This document shows positions 1 to 11,074 of a stretch of DNA of 64,000 nucleotides, piece by piece. A program made the position numbers and the translations under genes. How positions within the stretch are numbered: the first letter of the stretch is position 1; each line of letters starts with the position of its first letter. The notes beneath the pieces are model-generated. The model saw only the letters and a list, made by a program, of their open reading frames with translations. It was not told the DNA's origin and searched no databases. The stretch comes from Eledone cirrhosa (lineage: Eukaryota): positions 53,382,001-53,446,000 of the forward strand of contig OZ024745.1 in NCBI GenBank assembly GCA_964016885.1, written 5' to 3'.

Positions 1-33
<33 letters not shown>

Positions 34-294
34 TTTCTTTATTAACCACAAGGGTTTACATAAAGTAGACATTAAGGACAGTGCAGGACAATGCAGGACG
101 GTACAAATGGGCATTTCTGCGTGTAAAAAAAACAAAAATAGAGGATGTAACAAAAATAACAATGAAAATAACAATGAAAAATTCCCCAATAGGGGGGAGA
201 CTTCGGAGGGACATTTGTGGAGAAAGCCCAGTAAAAAGCCACAATGACCCTGACCACCAAGGCAAGTGCCCTCTCCCAGTTTTCCACCTTTAGT

Positions 295-3200
295 TTACAG
301 ATATATACTCAGAGTCGGCCCATTCACTCGGGCCATTCTTGCTTCTCTCACCCATCTTTCAACAAAATGCTGGGAAGAGAGCACTTCCTTCTCTACTCTG
401 ATTTTCCTTTTCAAATGAAATTTGAAAAAGTCAATCAGAGCATCACCGAAGAGGTAAGTGCTCGTCTTCAGCCCTTTCAAACGTGTCCACCATACTATCT
501 CTTTCGCCATGGCCACCAGACAGATAAAAACTGCCTGCCCTTCCCGGCTAAAGGAGGAGGGCGGGGCAATCCTCACGATAGACTCAGATGATAGCTGGAT
601 CCGTCCTAAACGCGACAGCAGGTGTTCGACATAAACCCACAAGTCAGCAATTTTCGGACACTGGACGAGTGCGTGCAGGACGGTTTCGTCGCCCTGCGCG
701 CATCTCGGACATGCCCGGCTGACGGCACCTCCATGCCTGTAGAGTTTATCCCGAACTGGCAAGGCTCCTCGGTAGCACTGCCAGGCCAGAGATTTCTGGA
801 AGTTGTCCATAGGCCCTGGCCCGAAAGTTCTTCCGAAGAGATTGGCTAGTTGATTTTCGTCGACGCCTAGAGTTTCCCCAAGTACGTCGTCGCTCTTCCC
901 CTCCACTAATCCTCTATAGAACGCCGAGGTGGAGTTTCCACCGATCACATTGCCCGACTGGTCGAGGGCTGTGAGCGCCTGAAGACATTCCAGTCTCCAG
1001 GCGCTCCCTCTCGGTCTTCGCTTGACCCAGGACTGCAGCTCCGTCAAGGAAACGAGCTGGGGAAAAACGCGTCTAGCAAACGGCGACCACACCTGATCAC
1101 CGTCGAGGAAGAGGTGGAGATGTCGTAGCCTGAGCGCGTGCCTGCGCATCATCAGCCACGGCATGCCCAGCCCTCCACGTAGCGGGTGTTGACAACAGAT
1201 GGACCGCCTGACCATCGGAGCGCGTCCCTTCCACAAAAAGCGAAAGAGCAAACGCTCCAGCGCAGTCAGGCGAGGCTTAGGACAAGATACGACGGTTAGG
1301 CGGTAGCAGATGACAGACGCGATGTACGCGTTAGCCACCTCCGCTCGACCTTTCAGGGATAGCTTCCTCTCGGCCCATTTCTGGGTGAGAGAAGCCACCC
1401 TGCTCGTCACCTCGTCCCAGTTTTTGTCCGTCTGGAGGTCCGGACCGAACCAGACCCCTAGCAATTTAACCGGTCCGTCCGTCCAGCGCCCGACGACGCT
1501 GTTGGACGGCATGGACCTGCCTCTCCAGGTGCCGAGCTGCAGGCCCACTGACTTTTCCTGGTTGATCATTGCTCCTGTCACCGCTTCGTATTCTCTTAGT
1601 GTAGTGCCGATCGCCTCGATGTGTTTGGCGTTCGACACCACTACGGTGACATCGTCCGCATATGCTGACACGGATCTTCCGCATCCTAGTTCGCGCGGGA
1701 CTCCCCTCAACGTCTCCAGTTTGTGCAGTAATGGCTCGAGAGTCAATACGTACAAGAGGGACGAGAGGGGACATCCTTGGCGGACCGAGCGCATGATGTT
1801 GAACGGTTCCGACAGGTGACCGTTCACTCTCACCACAGAGCAGATGTCACTGTGCATGGCAGCGATCCAGCCTCTGAAGACGGGCCCAAAGCCAGCCGCC
1901 CTCAGGACTGCCGCTAGGTAACGATGGTCGACCCTATCGAAAGCTTTCGACTGATCTAAATTGATCAAGGACCCACCCGTGCCAGGTTCCCTAGCTACCC
2001 TCTCTACGATGTATCGCATGAGGTGGAGGTTGTCGTGGATGGATCTGTCGGGAATGGCGCATGTCTGCGCCTCTCCCACCAGACCACCAACGACAAGCGC
2101 CAACCTCTTTGCTAGCACCTTGGCCAAAATCTTAAACTCTGTGTTTAGCAGAGTTATGGGCCTGAAATTGTCTATGTTATCCCCCTTGTTCGGATCCTTT
2201 CTCAGCAGTGCCACCGCTCCTCGGCTCACAGAACTGGGAATTCTCCCGTTCTGTTGCCAGTTGCAGTAGACGTCCGCCAAGAGGCCTCCGAACAAGTCTG
2301 GCATATGTACGTAAAGTTCATAGGGCAGACCATCCAAACCAGGCGATTTACCCCTTGTGCAGCCAGTCATTGCCTCCCGTACTTCAGCGGCTGTTATCGG
2401 CTTTTCGCAACACTTCGCCTCAGTGGCCGAGAGCCGCGGCAGTCCGTCGAGGTAGACACTAAAGTCCATCCCTCTACCCGGCCCCCCGCTGCCCCCGAAC
2501 AGCTGAGCGAAGTGTCGCTGAAAAGCTTCACACATTTGCCCGGGATCGAGTAGCATGCGCCCGTCGTGGTCCACCAAAGACCGGATCGTGGCTTTGTTGC
2601 CACGACGCGCCTCCGCCACTCGGGCCCATTGAACGGCTTTCGTCCCCTCGTGTCTGAGAGCACGCACCCTAGCTCTGACAACGCAGCCTTCGTGCTTTGC
2701 ATTGAAGAATTGGTCAAGGGCCAATTTCGCCGCAAGCACGTCGGTCGCAATGCCTTTGCTAAGCGCCTCGTCTAATTTTCTAACTAGTTCTCCCTCTGCT
2801 CTATTTTTCTCTATTGCTAAAGCCTTACTAAACCTAATCGATTCTATTCTAATCGCTCTTTTCAGAGCAAACCACCACTTGTTGTTGACGATGGCCCCCG
2901 TCAACGCCCGCTTAACTAGTTCGCTAATCCGGTCTCTGTAGGCCTTGCGCGCTGGTAAGGACGCGTTTAGCTTCCAGTAGCCGGGTCCTCGTCTATGAAG
3001 CCTATCTAAGTCAAGCACACAGGTCACGAATTTGTGGTCCGTGTAGCTGACTATCTTGAATTGTGGACAGCCTATGCTAGACCTATCTATTTCCCTACAA
3101 AATACTCTATCTAGATATGATCTGGATGACCCTATGCGGTTTGTCCAAGTCCACATTGGCACATTCGGGAAATCCAATCGGTACCTGTCAGACAGTTCAA

Positions 3201-3714
3201 AACGCCTGAGCAGGTTGGTGAGGCTCCTGCACCCTCCACCCCTATCCGCTAATCCCACACAGTCCCAGCGTGCATCTAAGATCCCGTTCCAGTCGCCCAC
3301 TAACACTAAAGAGCGGGACGTTCCAAGAAAGGTCTCCAGACGCCGGAAGAAATCAGGCCGCCCTGCTCCTGTCGGGGCATAGACGGCCACTAGCCTGAAA
3401 GCTTGCCCGTCTCCGCTGGTCACGTCCAGCACCACCAGCTTACCCTCTGGGTCCAGGAAGATGGCCCGTATGGCGAGATCCAAACCTCTCCGAAAAAGCA
3501 CAGCAACTCCTCCACCCGATCCAGGACGGCTGGGAGATGCGTACACATCGTAGCCGCCGAAGATCGGTGCGAAGGCCCGTGCTTCGGAGATTCTGGTCTC
3601 GCTGATGGCCACTACATCTATGTTTAGTGACCTGAGGTCGTTGAGCAGGTGACCCTGCTTCCATGACGACCCCAAGCCACGCGCATTTATGCTGCCTATT
3701 CTGAGTGAGGTCAT
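295..3714 (-). CDS. ORF2 polyprotein: apurinic-like endonuclease, reverse transcriptase, C-terminal CCHC zinc finger (1139 aa)
   Basis: APE motifs (SINARGL, SETR, VYAP, GDWN, SYLDR, TDH), RT motifs (PGLDG, FRPITLLN, DQSKAFD, RQGCPLS, YADD) and CPRC-X8-HALVQC. The ORF is uninterrupted. Confidence 0.97.
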   Translation of the reverse strand: MTSLRIGSINARGLGSSWKQGHLLNDLRSLNIDVVAISETRISEARAFAPIFGGYDVYASPSRPGSGGGVAVLFRRGLDLAIRAIFLDPEGKLVVLDVTSGDGQAFRLVAVYAPTGAGRPDFFRRLETFLGTSRSLVLVGDWNGILDARWDCVGLADRGGGCRSLTNLLRRFELSDRYRLDFPNVPMWTWTNRIGSSRSYLDRVFCREIDRSSIGCPQFKIVSYTDHKFVTCVLDLDRLHRRGPGYWKLNASLPARKAYRDRISELVKRALTGAIVNNKWWFALKRAIRIESIRFSKALAIEKNRAEGELVRKLDEALSKGIATDVLAAKLALDQFFNAKHEGCVVRARVRALRHEGTKAVQWARVAEARRGNKATIRSLVDHDGRMLLDPGQMCEAFQRHFAQLFGGSGGPGRGMDFSVYLDGLPRLSATEAKCCEKPITAAEVREAMTGCTRGKSPGLDGLPYELYVHMPDLFGGLLADVYCNWQQNGRIPSSVSRGAVALLRKDPNKGDNIDNFRPITLLNTEFKILAKVLAKRLALVVGGLVGEAQTCAIPDRSIHDNLHLMRYIVERVAREPGTGGSLINLDQSKAFDRVDHRYLAAVLRAAGFGPVFRGWIAAMHSDICSVVRVNGHLSEPFNIMRSVRQGCPLSSLLYVLTLEPLLHKLETLRGVPRELGCGRSVSAYADDVTVVVSNAKHIEAIGTTLREYEAVTGAMINQEKSVGLQLGTWRGRSMPSNSVVGRWTDGPVKLLGVWFGPDLQTDKNWDEVTSRVASLTQKWAERKLSLKGRAEVANAYIASVICYRLTVVSCPKPRLTALERLLFRFLWKGRAPMVRRSICCQHPLRGGLGMPWLMMRRHALRLRHLHLFLDGDQVWSPFARRVFPQLVSLTELQSWVKRRPRGSAWRLECLQALTALDQSGNVIGGNSTSAFYRGLVEGKSDDVLGETLGVDENQLANLFGRTFGPGPMDNFQKSLAWQCYRGALPVRDKLYRHGGAVSRACPRCAQGDETVLHALVQCPKIADLWVYVEHLLSRLGRIQLSSESIVRIAPPSSFSREGQAVFICLVAMAKEIVWWTRLKGLKTSTYLFGDALIDFFKFHLKRKIRVEKEVLSSQHFVERWVREARMARVNGPTLSIYL

Positions 3715-3749
3715 GTTTAAAATAGAGTGGAAAAGATGGGAAAGACCAC

Positions 3750-5846
3750 TTACCGTACTTTTGGTAGAGGAGGGATGGTTTTTACATCCCTTTTCACTTG
3801 ATCGTCTGGTGAAGGGACCGTTGAATCGTCCCTTCGGCTGGTCGTCGGCTCTTCTAAGAGAATGTCTGAATATACTCTTCGATTGATGGTTCCTCCTAGG
3901 TCCCTGAAATCACCAACTGCGTTGGGGAATTTCGTTTTAATGTTTGTGTATTGTTTCTGTGCTATTTTTAGCAGTCTTATGTTAGTTGGCGTTTTGATTG
4001 GTGCTGGTATTATGTAGTCCTGTTGTGAAATGTCTGTGTGTTCAATTATGTAAGTCATTAGTTTCTTGTTGTGTGTGTTTATTGCCGTGCATTTGTTTTT
4101 CTGGGGGTGGGGTGTGGTTCTGCTATTTTCTTGTCGTTGTTGCTGGGTGTGTGTGTTTTGTTGTTGTGTTTGCGATGTTGGTGCTTGTGGTGGTGGTGTT
4201 GAAGGTGTTGTTGGCGGTGGGGTTGTCGCCGGTGGTGATGGTGGTGCTGGTGTGGGTGGTGATGGTGTTGGTAGTGTTGCTGCTGTGGGTCTCTTTGCAG
4301 TAGACTTTACCCTTTTCTCATTTCTTTCCTCCCTTTTCAAAGGAGACGATGCGCTGCTTCTGCGTTTGTGCCTTCTTGCGACCTTTTGCCATCCCTCTCC
4401 CACCTCACACTCCATGTCTGATTCTGTAAGGTCGGGGAGGGGTACCAGCTCCACTCTTTCACTTGTTGTTGTTGGTGATGTTTGCACTGGAGTCTCTGTT
4501 GTAGCTGCATTTGGTATTGCTGTTGTTGTTGTTAATATTTCCACTGCTGCTGCTGTCTTTGATTTCCGTGGAGTGGGTATGGGTGCCACGGACCTATCGT
4601 TCCTGGTTGCCGCTTGTCCTGTTGCTGGTAGCCGTGGAGCCGGATTCGGAAGGAGGGGGGTTTTCTCCTTTCTCAGGGTCTTCTCGTTGCAGAAGGCCCT
4701 GAGGTGAGTCTTCGATCCACAGCGAAAGCATTTCGGGCGTTTGCCCTCAACACTTATGGGCAGTTGAGTGCCGTTATCGAAGTCTATCACATCCGGGATA
4801 GCTTCGATGCACTCCTGGTTGGTTTGGATTAGCATCTCAATGGAGGAGCCGACCCAATCTTCTCTTACTTTTTTCTGTACTTGCAGTACAGTTGTTTTGT
4901 CCTCGATTCCGACGAGGACAGACGCGGCCAGCCAAGAAGGGGTCATTCCGGGGGGGACGTGGGTCAGTTTGACCCTCACAATTTTTTGCCCGCAGTAGGA
5001 GGGCACCAACACCATTTCTTCGCTCCTTAGGGTCACTACTGATTGGGCCTTTGCCTCCTGGGGTGTGGCAAAAAGTACGTCTACGGTGGCGTATTTTTTG
5101 CCTCGGGTGATGTGCGTTTTCCTCTGCCACACAGACCCCAAGGCTTTTTGTATTTGGGCCTCTGTGGCTCTTTCCACCCTACGGGATTTTGTACTTACTG
5201 TACGGTACGTGACCGTACAGTGCTCTTGGGTTTCGAAAAAATGTTTCGCTGCCTTGCAGATTGCTCGGTGTCCGTTCTTTGTCACCATCTTCTTCGCTTC
5301 CTCTAATTCCTCATTTGTTATGAGGATTGTTTCCAAGTTTTTCGCAATACCTGCAAATGAGATTGGTTTTTCTCTGCTGTTGTTGTTGTCGTCAGAGCTG
5401 CTGGTACTTTTGTTGTTGCTGCAGGTACTACGACTACTGCCTCCGCCGCTGTTGCTGTGGTTGTTGTTGGTGTTGCTGCTGCTAATGCTGTTGTTGTTTA
5501 TGCTGCTGGTGTTGCTGTTGCGGCTGCTACTGTTGTTTTCATTGTCACTGTTGCTGTTGTTATTACGGCTGCTACTGCTATTATTCCTGACGTCAGACGA
5601 ATGAACTGGGTTTTCGTATTTCCCGCACACCTGTTTCGTCGCTGTCGTCGTCGTCGTGGAGAAACCTTGCACGCTTTGCACGAGACTTTTCTTTTCTTTC
5701 GTCGCTTGCGAAAGAGAAGGGAGGGAGAGAGACACATTTAAAGAAGGGAGGGAGAGAGACAATCTTCTCTCTGTTGTAGTGATGATTGAGGAAGAAGAAG
5801 ACGGAATGAGTGGGAGTGACGTATGAAATTTCTTTTTCGTAGCCAT
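3750..5846 (-). CDS. ORF1 Gag-like nucleic-acid-binding protein (698 aa from the ATG at 5846)
   Basis: Single CX2CX4HX4C knuckle (CFRCGSKTHLRAFC), low-complexity N/S and P/T tracts, directly upstream of ORF2. The track ORF starts 11 codons earlier at a non-ATG codon. Confidence 0.9.
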   Translation of the reverse strand: MATKKKFHTSLPLIPSSSSSIITTTERRLSLSLPSLNVSLSLPSLSQATKEKKSLVQSVQGFSTTTTTATKQVCGKYENPVHSSDVRNNSSSSRNNNSNSDNENNSSSRNSNTSSINNNSISSSNTNNNHSNSGGGSSRSTCSNNKSTSSSDDNNNSREKPISFAGIAKNLETILITNEELEEAKKMVTKNGHRAICKAAKHFFETQEHCTVTYRTVSTKSRRVERATEAQIQKALGSVWQRKTHITRGKKYATVDVLFATPQEAKAQSVVTLRSEEMVLVPSYCGQKIVRVKLTHVPPGMTPSWLAASVLVGIEDKTTVLQVQKKVREDWVGSSIEMLIQTNQECIEAIPDVIDFDNGTQLPISVEGKRPKCFRCGSKTHLRAFCNEKTLRKEKTPLLPNPAPRLPATGQAATRNDRSVAPIPTPRKSKTAAAVEILTTTTAIPNAATTETPVQTSPTTTSERVELVPLPDLTESDMECEVGEGWQKVARRHKRRSSASSPLKREERNEKRVKSTAKRPTAATLPTPSPPTPAPPSPPATTPPPTTPSTPPPQAPTSQTQQQNTHTQQQRQENSRTTPHPQKNKCTAINTHNKKLMTYIIEHTDISQQDYIIPAPIKTPTNIRLLKIAQKQYTNIKTKFPNAVGDFRDLGGTINRRVYSDILLEEPTTSRRDDSTVPSPDDQVKRDVKTIPPLPKVR

Positions 5847-6325
5847 GTTTTTTTGTTTAAAATGAAATTTTGGGTACAAAACCCCAATAACTGGTTATTT
5901 AACCCCGAAGGGCCAAATAACGGACAGAAAGACCCCTCTCACGAGGAGGAGGGTGTCTTTATCAACAATTTGGTTCAAGTTTTAAACAATTTACAATTGT
6001 TTTAACGGTTAAAAATTACTATACCTTACAGAGCCGAGCCTCCGTCAACCATGGCATTCAATAATAATAATAATAATGATTTCTTTATTAACCACAAGGG
6101 TTTACATAAAGTAGACATTAAGGACAGTACAGGACAATACAGGCCGGTACAAATGGAAATTTCTGCGTGTAAAAAAAAAAACAGAGGATGTAATAATAGA
6201 ACAATGAAAAAATTCCCCAATAGGGGGGAGACTTCCGAGGGACATTGGTGGAGAAAGCCCATTAAAAAGCCACAGTGACCTTGACCACCAGGGCAAGTGC
6301 CCTCTCCCAGTTTTCCACCTTTAAT

Positions 6326-8872
6326 TTACAGACACGTACTCAGAGTAGGCCCATTCACTCGGGCCATTCTTGCCTCTCTCACCCATCTTTCAACAAAATG
6401 CTGGGAAGAGAACACTTCCCTCTCTACCCTGATTTTCCTTTTCAAATGAAATTTGAAAAAGTTAATCAGGGCATCACCGAAGAGGTAAGTGCTCGTCTTC
6501 AGCCCTTTCAAACGTGTCCACCATACTATCTCTTTCGCCATGGCCACCAGACAGATAAAAACTGCCTGCCCTTCCCGGCTAAAGCAAGAGGGCGGGGCAA
6601 TCCTCACGATGGACTCTAACTGATAGCTGGATCCGTCCTACGCGCAACAGCAGGTGTTCGACATAAACCCACAAGTCAGCAATGCTCGGACACTGGACGA
6701 GTGCGTGCAGGACGGTTTCGTCACCCTGCGCGCATCTCGGACATGCCCGGCTGACGGCACCTCCATGCCTGTAGAGTTTATCCCGAACTGGCAAAGCTCC
6801 TCGGTAGCACTGCCAGGCCAGGGATTTCTGGAAGTTGTCCATAGGCCCCGGCCCGAAAGTTCTTCCGAAGAGATTGGCTAGTTGATTTTCATCGACGCCT
6901 AGAGTTTCCCCAAGTACGTCGTCGCTCTTCCCCTCCACTAATCCTCTATAGAACGCCAAGGTGGAGTTTCCACCGATCACATTGCCCGATTGGTAGAGGG
7001 CTGTGAGCGCCTGAAGACATTCCAGTCTCCAAGCGCTCCCTCTCGGTCTTCTCTTGACCCAGGACTACAGCTCCGTCAAGGAGACGAGCTGGGGAAAGAC
7101 GCGTCTAGCAAACGGCGACCACACCTGATCACCGTCGAGGAAGAGGTGGAGATCTCGTAGCCTGAGTGCGTGTCTGCGCATCATCAGCCACGGCATGCCC
7201 AGCCCTCCACGTAGCGGGTGTTGACAGCAGATGGACCGCCTGACCATCGGAGCGCGTCCCTTCCACAAAAAGCGAAAAAGCAAACGCTCCAGTGCAGTCA
7301 GGCGGGGCTTAGGACAAGGTTCTACGGTCAGGCGGTAGTAGATGACGGACGCGATGTACGCGTTAGCCACCTCCGCTCGACCTTTCAGGGATAGCTTCCT
7401 CTCCGCCCATTTCTGGGTGAGAGAAGCCACCCTGCTCGTCACCTCGTCCCAGTTGTTGTCCGTCTGGAGGTCCGAACCGAACCAGACCCCTAGCAATTTC
7501 ACCGGTCCTTCTGTCCAGCGCCCGATGTCGCTGTTGGACGGCATAGACCTGCCTCTCCAGATGCCGAGCTGCAGGCCCACTGACGTTTCCTGGTTGATCA
7601 TTGCCGCTGTCACAGCTTCGTATTCTCTTAGTGTAGTGCCGATCGCCTCGATGTGTTTGGCGTTCGACACCACTACGGTGACATCGTGTGCATATGCTGA
7701 CACGGATCTTCCGCATCCTAGTTCGCGCGGGACCCCCCTCACACATTTGCCCGGGATCGAGTAGCATGCGCCCGTCGTGGTCCACCAAAGACCGGATAGT
7801 GGGTTTGTTGCCACGACGCGCCTACGCCACTCGGGTCCATTAACCGGCTTTCATGCTGCATTTAAGAATTGGTCAAGGGCCAATTTCACCGCAAGTACGT
7901 CGGTCGCGATGCCTTTGCTAAGCGCCTCGTCTAATTTTCTAACTAATTCTCCCTCTGCTCTATTATTCGCTATTGCTAAAGCCTTACTAAACCTAATGGA
8001 CTCTATTCTAATCGCTCTTTTCAGAGCAAACCACCACTTGTTGTTGACGATGGTCCCCGTCAACGCCCGTTTAACTAGTTGGCTAATCCGGTCTCTCTAT
8101 GCCTTGCGCGCTGGTAAGGACGAGTTTAGCTTCCAGTAGCCGGGTGCTCGTCTATGAAGCCTATCTAAGTCAAGCACACATATCACGAATTTGTGGTCCG
8201 TGTAGCTGACTATCTTGAATTGTGGACAGCCTATGCTAGACCTATCTATTTCCCTACAAAATACTCTATCTAGATATGATCTGGATGACCCTATGCGGTT
8301 TGTCCAAGTCCACATTGGCACATTCGGGAAATCCAATCGGTACCTGTCAGACAGTTCAAAACGCCTGAGCAGGCTGGTGAGGCTCCTGCACCCTCCTCCC
8401 CTATCCGCTAATCCCACACAGTCCCAGCGTGCATCTAAGATCCCGTTCCAGTCGCCCACTAACACTAAAGAGCGGGACGTTCCAAGAGAGGTCTCCAGAC
8501 GCCGGAAGAAATCAGGCCGCCCTGCTCCTGTCGGGGCATAGACGGCCACTAGCCTGAAAGCTAGCCCATCTCCACTGGTCACGTCCAGCACCACCAACTT
8601 ACCTTCTGGGTCCAGGAAGATGGCCCGTATGGCGAGATCCAAACCTCTCCGAAAAAGCACAGTAACTCCTCCCCCGATCCAGGATGGCTGGGAGATGCGT
8701 ACACATCGTAGCCGCCGAAGATCGGTGCGAAGGCTCGTGCTTCGGAGATTCTGGTCTCGCTGATGGCCACTACATCTATCTTTAGTGACCTGAGGTCGTT
8801 GAGCAGGTGGCCCTGCTTCCATGACGACCCCAAGCCACGCGCATTTATGCTGCCTATTCTGAATGAGATCAT
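6326..8872 (-). pseudogene. Disrupted ORF2 of Tx1 copy 2
   Basis: Fragmented ORFs match copy 1 ORF2. YADD is changed to YAHD, and there are internal deletions at ~7741 and ~7852. Confidence 0.93.
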
Positions 8873-8906
8873 GTTGAAATGGAGTGGAAAAGATGGGAAA
8901 GACCAC

Positions 8907-10824
8907 TTACCTTACTTCTCGTAGAGGAAGGATGGTTTCTCCATCCTTTTCACTGCTTCTGACCTCCTCCGGAAGGATGTCCTTATAAATCCTCCTGGAA
9001 AGTGCTTGTCGGAAGTCTCCGATGTCTTTGGATAATTTTTGTTTTAGTGTCGTGTACGTTTTCAGTGTGATGCGAGTGATTTGTATGTGTGGAGGTGGTG
9101 TGATTTTTTGGGTTGTTGTGTAGTCTTTTTCTGTGATGCTGGTGTTGTGTTGGATGTAGTATAATAATTGGTTGTTGTTCAAATTTAATGCTGTGTAGTG
9201 TGTATCGTTTTGGTTGTTTTGTTTTGTTTGCGTTTGTTATGGGTTTGTTTCTGTTTCGCTTTTTGGTGACTTTTGTGGTGTTGGTGATGGTTGTGTTGAA
9301 GTTAATGATGGTGATGGTGTTGGTGTTTGTGGTGATGGGGTTGGTGATGCTGGTGTGGATGGTGGCATAACTGTCCTAACTTTTTTGTTTGATAGTTTAT
9401 TTGTTTCCCTCTGTATTTTGTTTTTGGAGGGGGGAGGAAGAGGATTTTTTCTTTTTTGGTTTCTTTTTCTTTTTTTTTCTTTTTTCCTGATACCGTTTCC
9501 CACTCCTCGTCGTCACAATCTGTCTTCAGTTGCGATAGGTCGGGGAGTGGAAAATCCTCCACGGGCGTTTGTTTTGGTTGTGGTGTGGTGGATGGTGTAG
9601 GCGCTGGTGCTAGTTCTGGCGCGTTGGGTGGTGGTGGTGTTCGTTTTGCTACTGTTGCTGGGGTTGTTGCTGTTACAGTTGCTTCTGTTGTTGCTGCTAC
9701 AGTTGTTGCATCCATTTCTGCTGCTGGTGGTGTTGATGGTTGAGTCACTGGGGTGGGTAAGAGAGGTGGCCTCAACCTTTTAGCCTGAGGGCAGAAAGCC
9801 CTTAGGTTCCTTCACCACAAACGACACACCTAGGTTTTCTGCCCTCGACGATTACGGTGAGGTGGCTGCCGTCAGTGAGGTCTATTACCTCTGGGATCTC
9901 CTCAATGCGTTTTTGGTCCGCTTGGATCAGGAGCTCCATCCCAGATCCGGACCAGTTCTCCTGCTTTTCTTACGCTATTTCGATTATCTTGGTGTTGGCC
10001 TCGATGCCGGCGAGGACGGCAGCCATTAGCCAAGGAATTTCGATGGCTGGTGGAACGTGGGTCACCCTGATCTTCACGAGTCTCTGGCCACAATAGCTTG
10101 GGACGAGTGTGAAGTCGTCACTACTTAATGGGGCCATGGAGTGTTCTCTGGCCTCCTGTGGTGTTTCAAAGACCACGTCCACGGTTCCATATTTCTGCCT
10201 ACGTCTGATGTGGGGTTTTTTTGCCCACACATGTCCCAAAGCTTTTTGGATTTGGGACTAGGATGCCCGTTCCACTCGGCTCGATTTTATGTTAATCGTC
10301 CGATAAGACACGGTGCATAGGCGCCGATGCTCAATTGTATAAGTGTGGGTGGGGGCTGACCCTGTATCCATCTTTCTTTACCATTCTCTTGGCTTCATCT
10401 AATACCTCCTGAGTTACCTGGATTGCTTCGCACTTTTTAGCTACTCTGATAAAAGACAGGGTGGTTTTCTTATTCTCATTGTTGTTGTTGCTGTTGTTGT
10501 TATCGTTATTTTTGTTATTGTTATTTTTAGTTTCAGTTGTGGTGGTGGTGGCGTCAGTGGTGTTCGGTGTGGAAGAGTCCATTCTGGGTGAATCCATTTC
10601 GATGTCACGAGATAATTTATTTTTTTCTTTTGTTTCTGTTGTCGCTGTGGTGGTGAGGGTTGGGGTGGCGGCTTCAACACCTGCAGTCATTGGTAATGGC
10701 GGGAAATGAATGTCTGCATGAGACAAATTTAAATTATTGCTACTGCTTATATTTTTAGTGTTGGCAAACGTAGTAATATTTACAATGGTGGTGTCGGTGT
10801 GAGGTGTTACTGTGAGTCGTCCAT
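8907..10824 (-). pseudogene. Disrupted ORF1 of Tx1 copy 2 (divergent ORF1 type)
   Basis: Fragments such as TVDVVFETPQEA..LVPSYCGQRLVKIRVTHVPP are homologous to copy 1 ORF1 at protein level. A broken knuckle lies near 9790-9830. Confidence 0.85.
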
Positions 10825-11074
10825 GATTTTTTTCAAAGAAATTTTTTTGTTTGATAATTATAAAAGTTTAAATTTTGAGTGTCCTTTTCCGAAAGCAAAT
10901 TTTGTGACCTTATAAATAGTTAACAACAAAAATTTTCCATAAATGGCAATTTTAAACAAACGAAAACAACAAACCTTTGCGGAGCTCACGATGATACGAT
11001 TTCCTACGTAGGTCGCCAATAATAATAATAATAATATAAATAGTTTAAGGTATAGAAATAACATCGAGAAGAAA

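Larger units (their letters stand above)
1..6059 (-). mobile_element. Tx1/L1-clade non-LTR retrotransposon, copy 1, apparently full-length and intact
   Basis: 5'UTR (~6059-5847), ORF1 with CCHC knuckle, 35-nt spacer, APE-RT-CCHC ORF2, and 3'UTR ending ...cccttgtggttaataaagaaatc followed by (ATT)n at 1-31. (AAT)n also lies at the 5' flank, 6060-6077. Confidence 0.95.
6060..11017 (-). mobile_element. Tx1-clade retrotransposon, copy 2, full-length but decayed
   Basis: 3'UTR and ORF2 closely match copy 1. It carries frameshifts, stops and an ~820-bp RT deletion at ~7741. Its ORF1/5'UTR is distinct. (AAT)n flanks both ends. Confidence 0.93.

Noticed and set aside
622-5741. Antisense and alternative-frame ORFs overlapping Tx1 ORF1/ORF2
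   Set aside because: These are shadow ORFs of GC-rich or low-complexity coding sequence with no recognisable domains.
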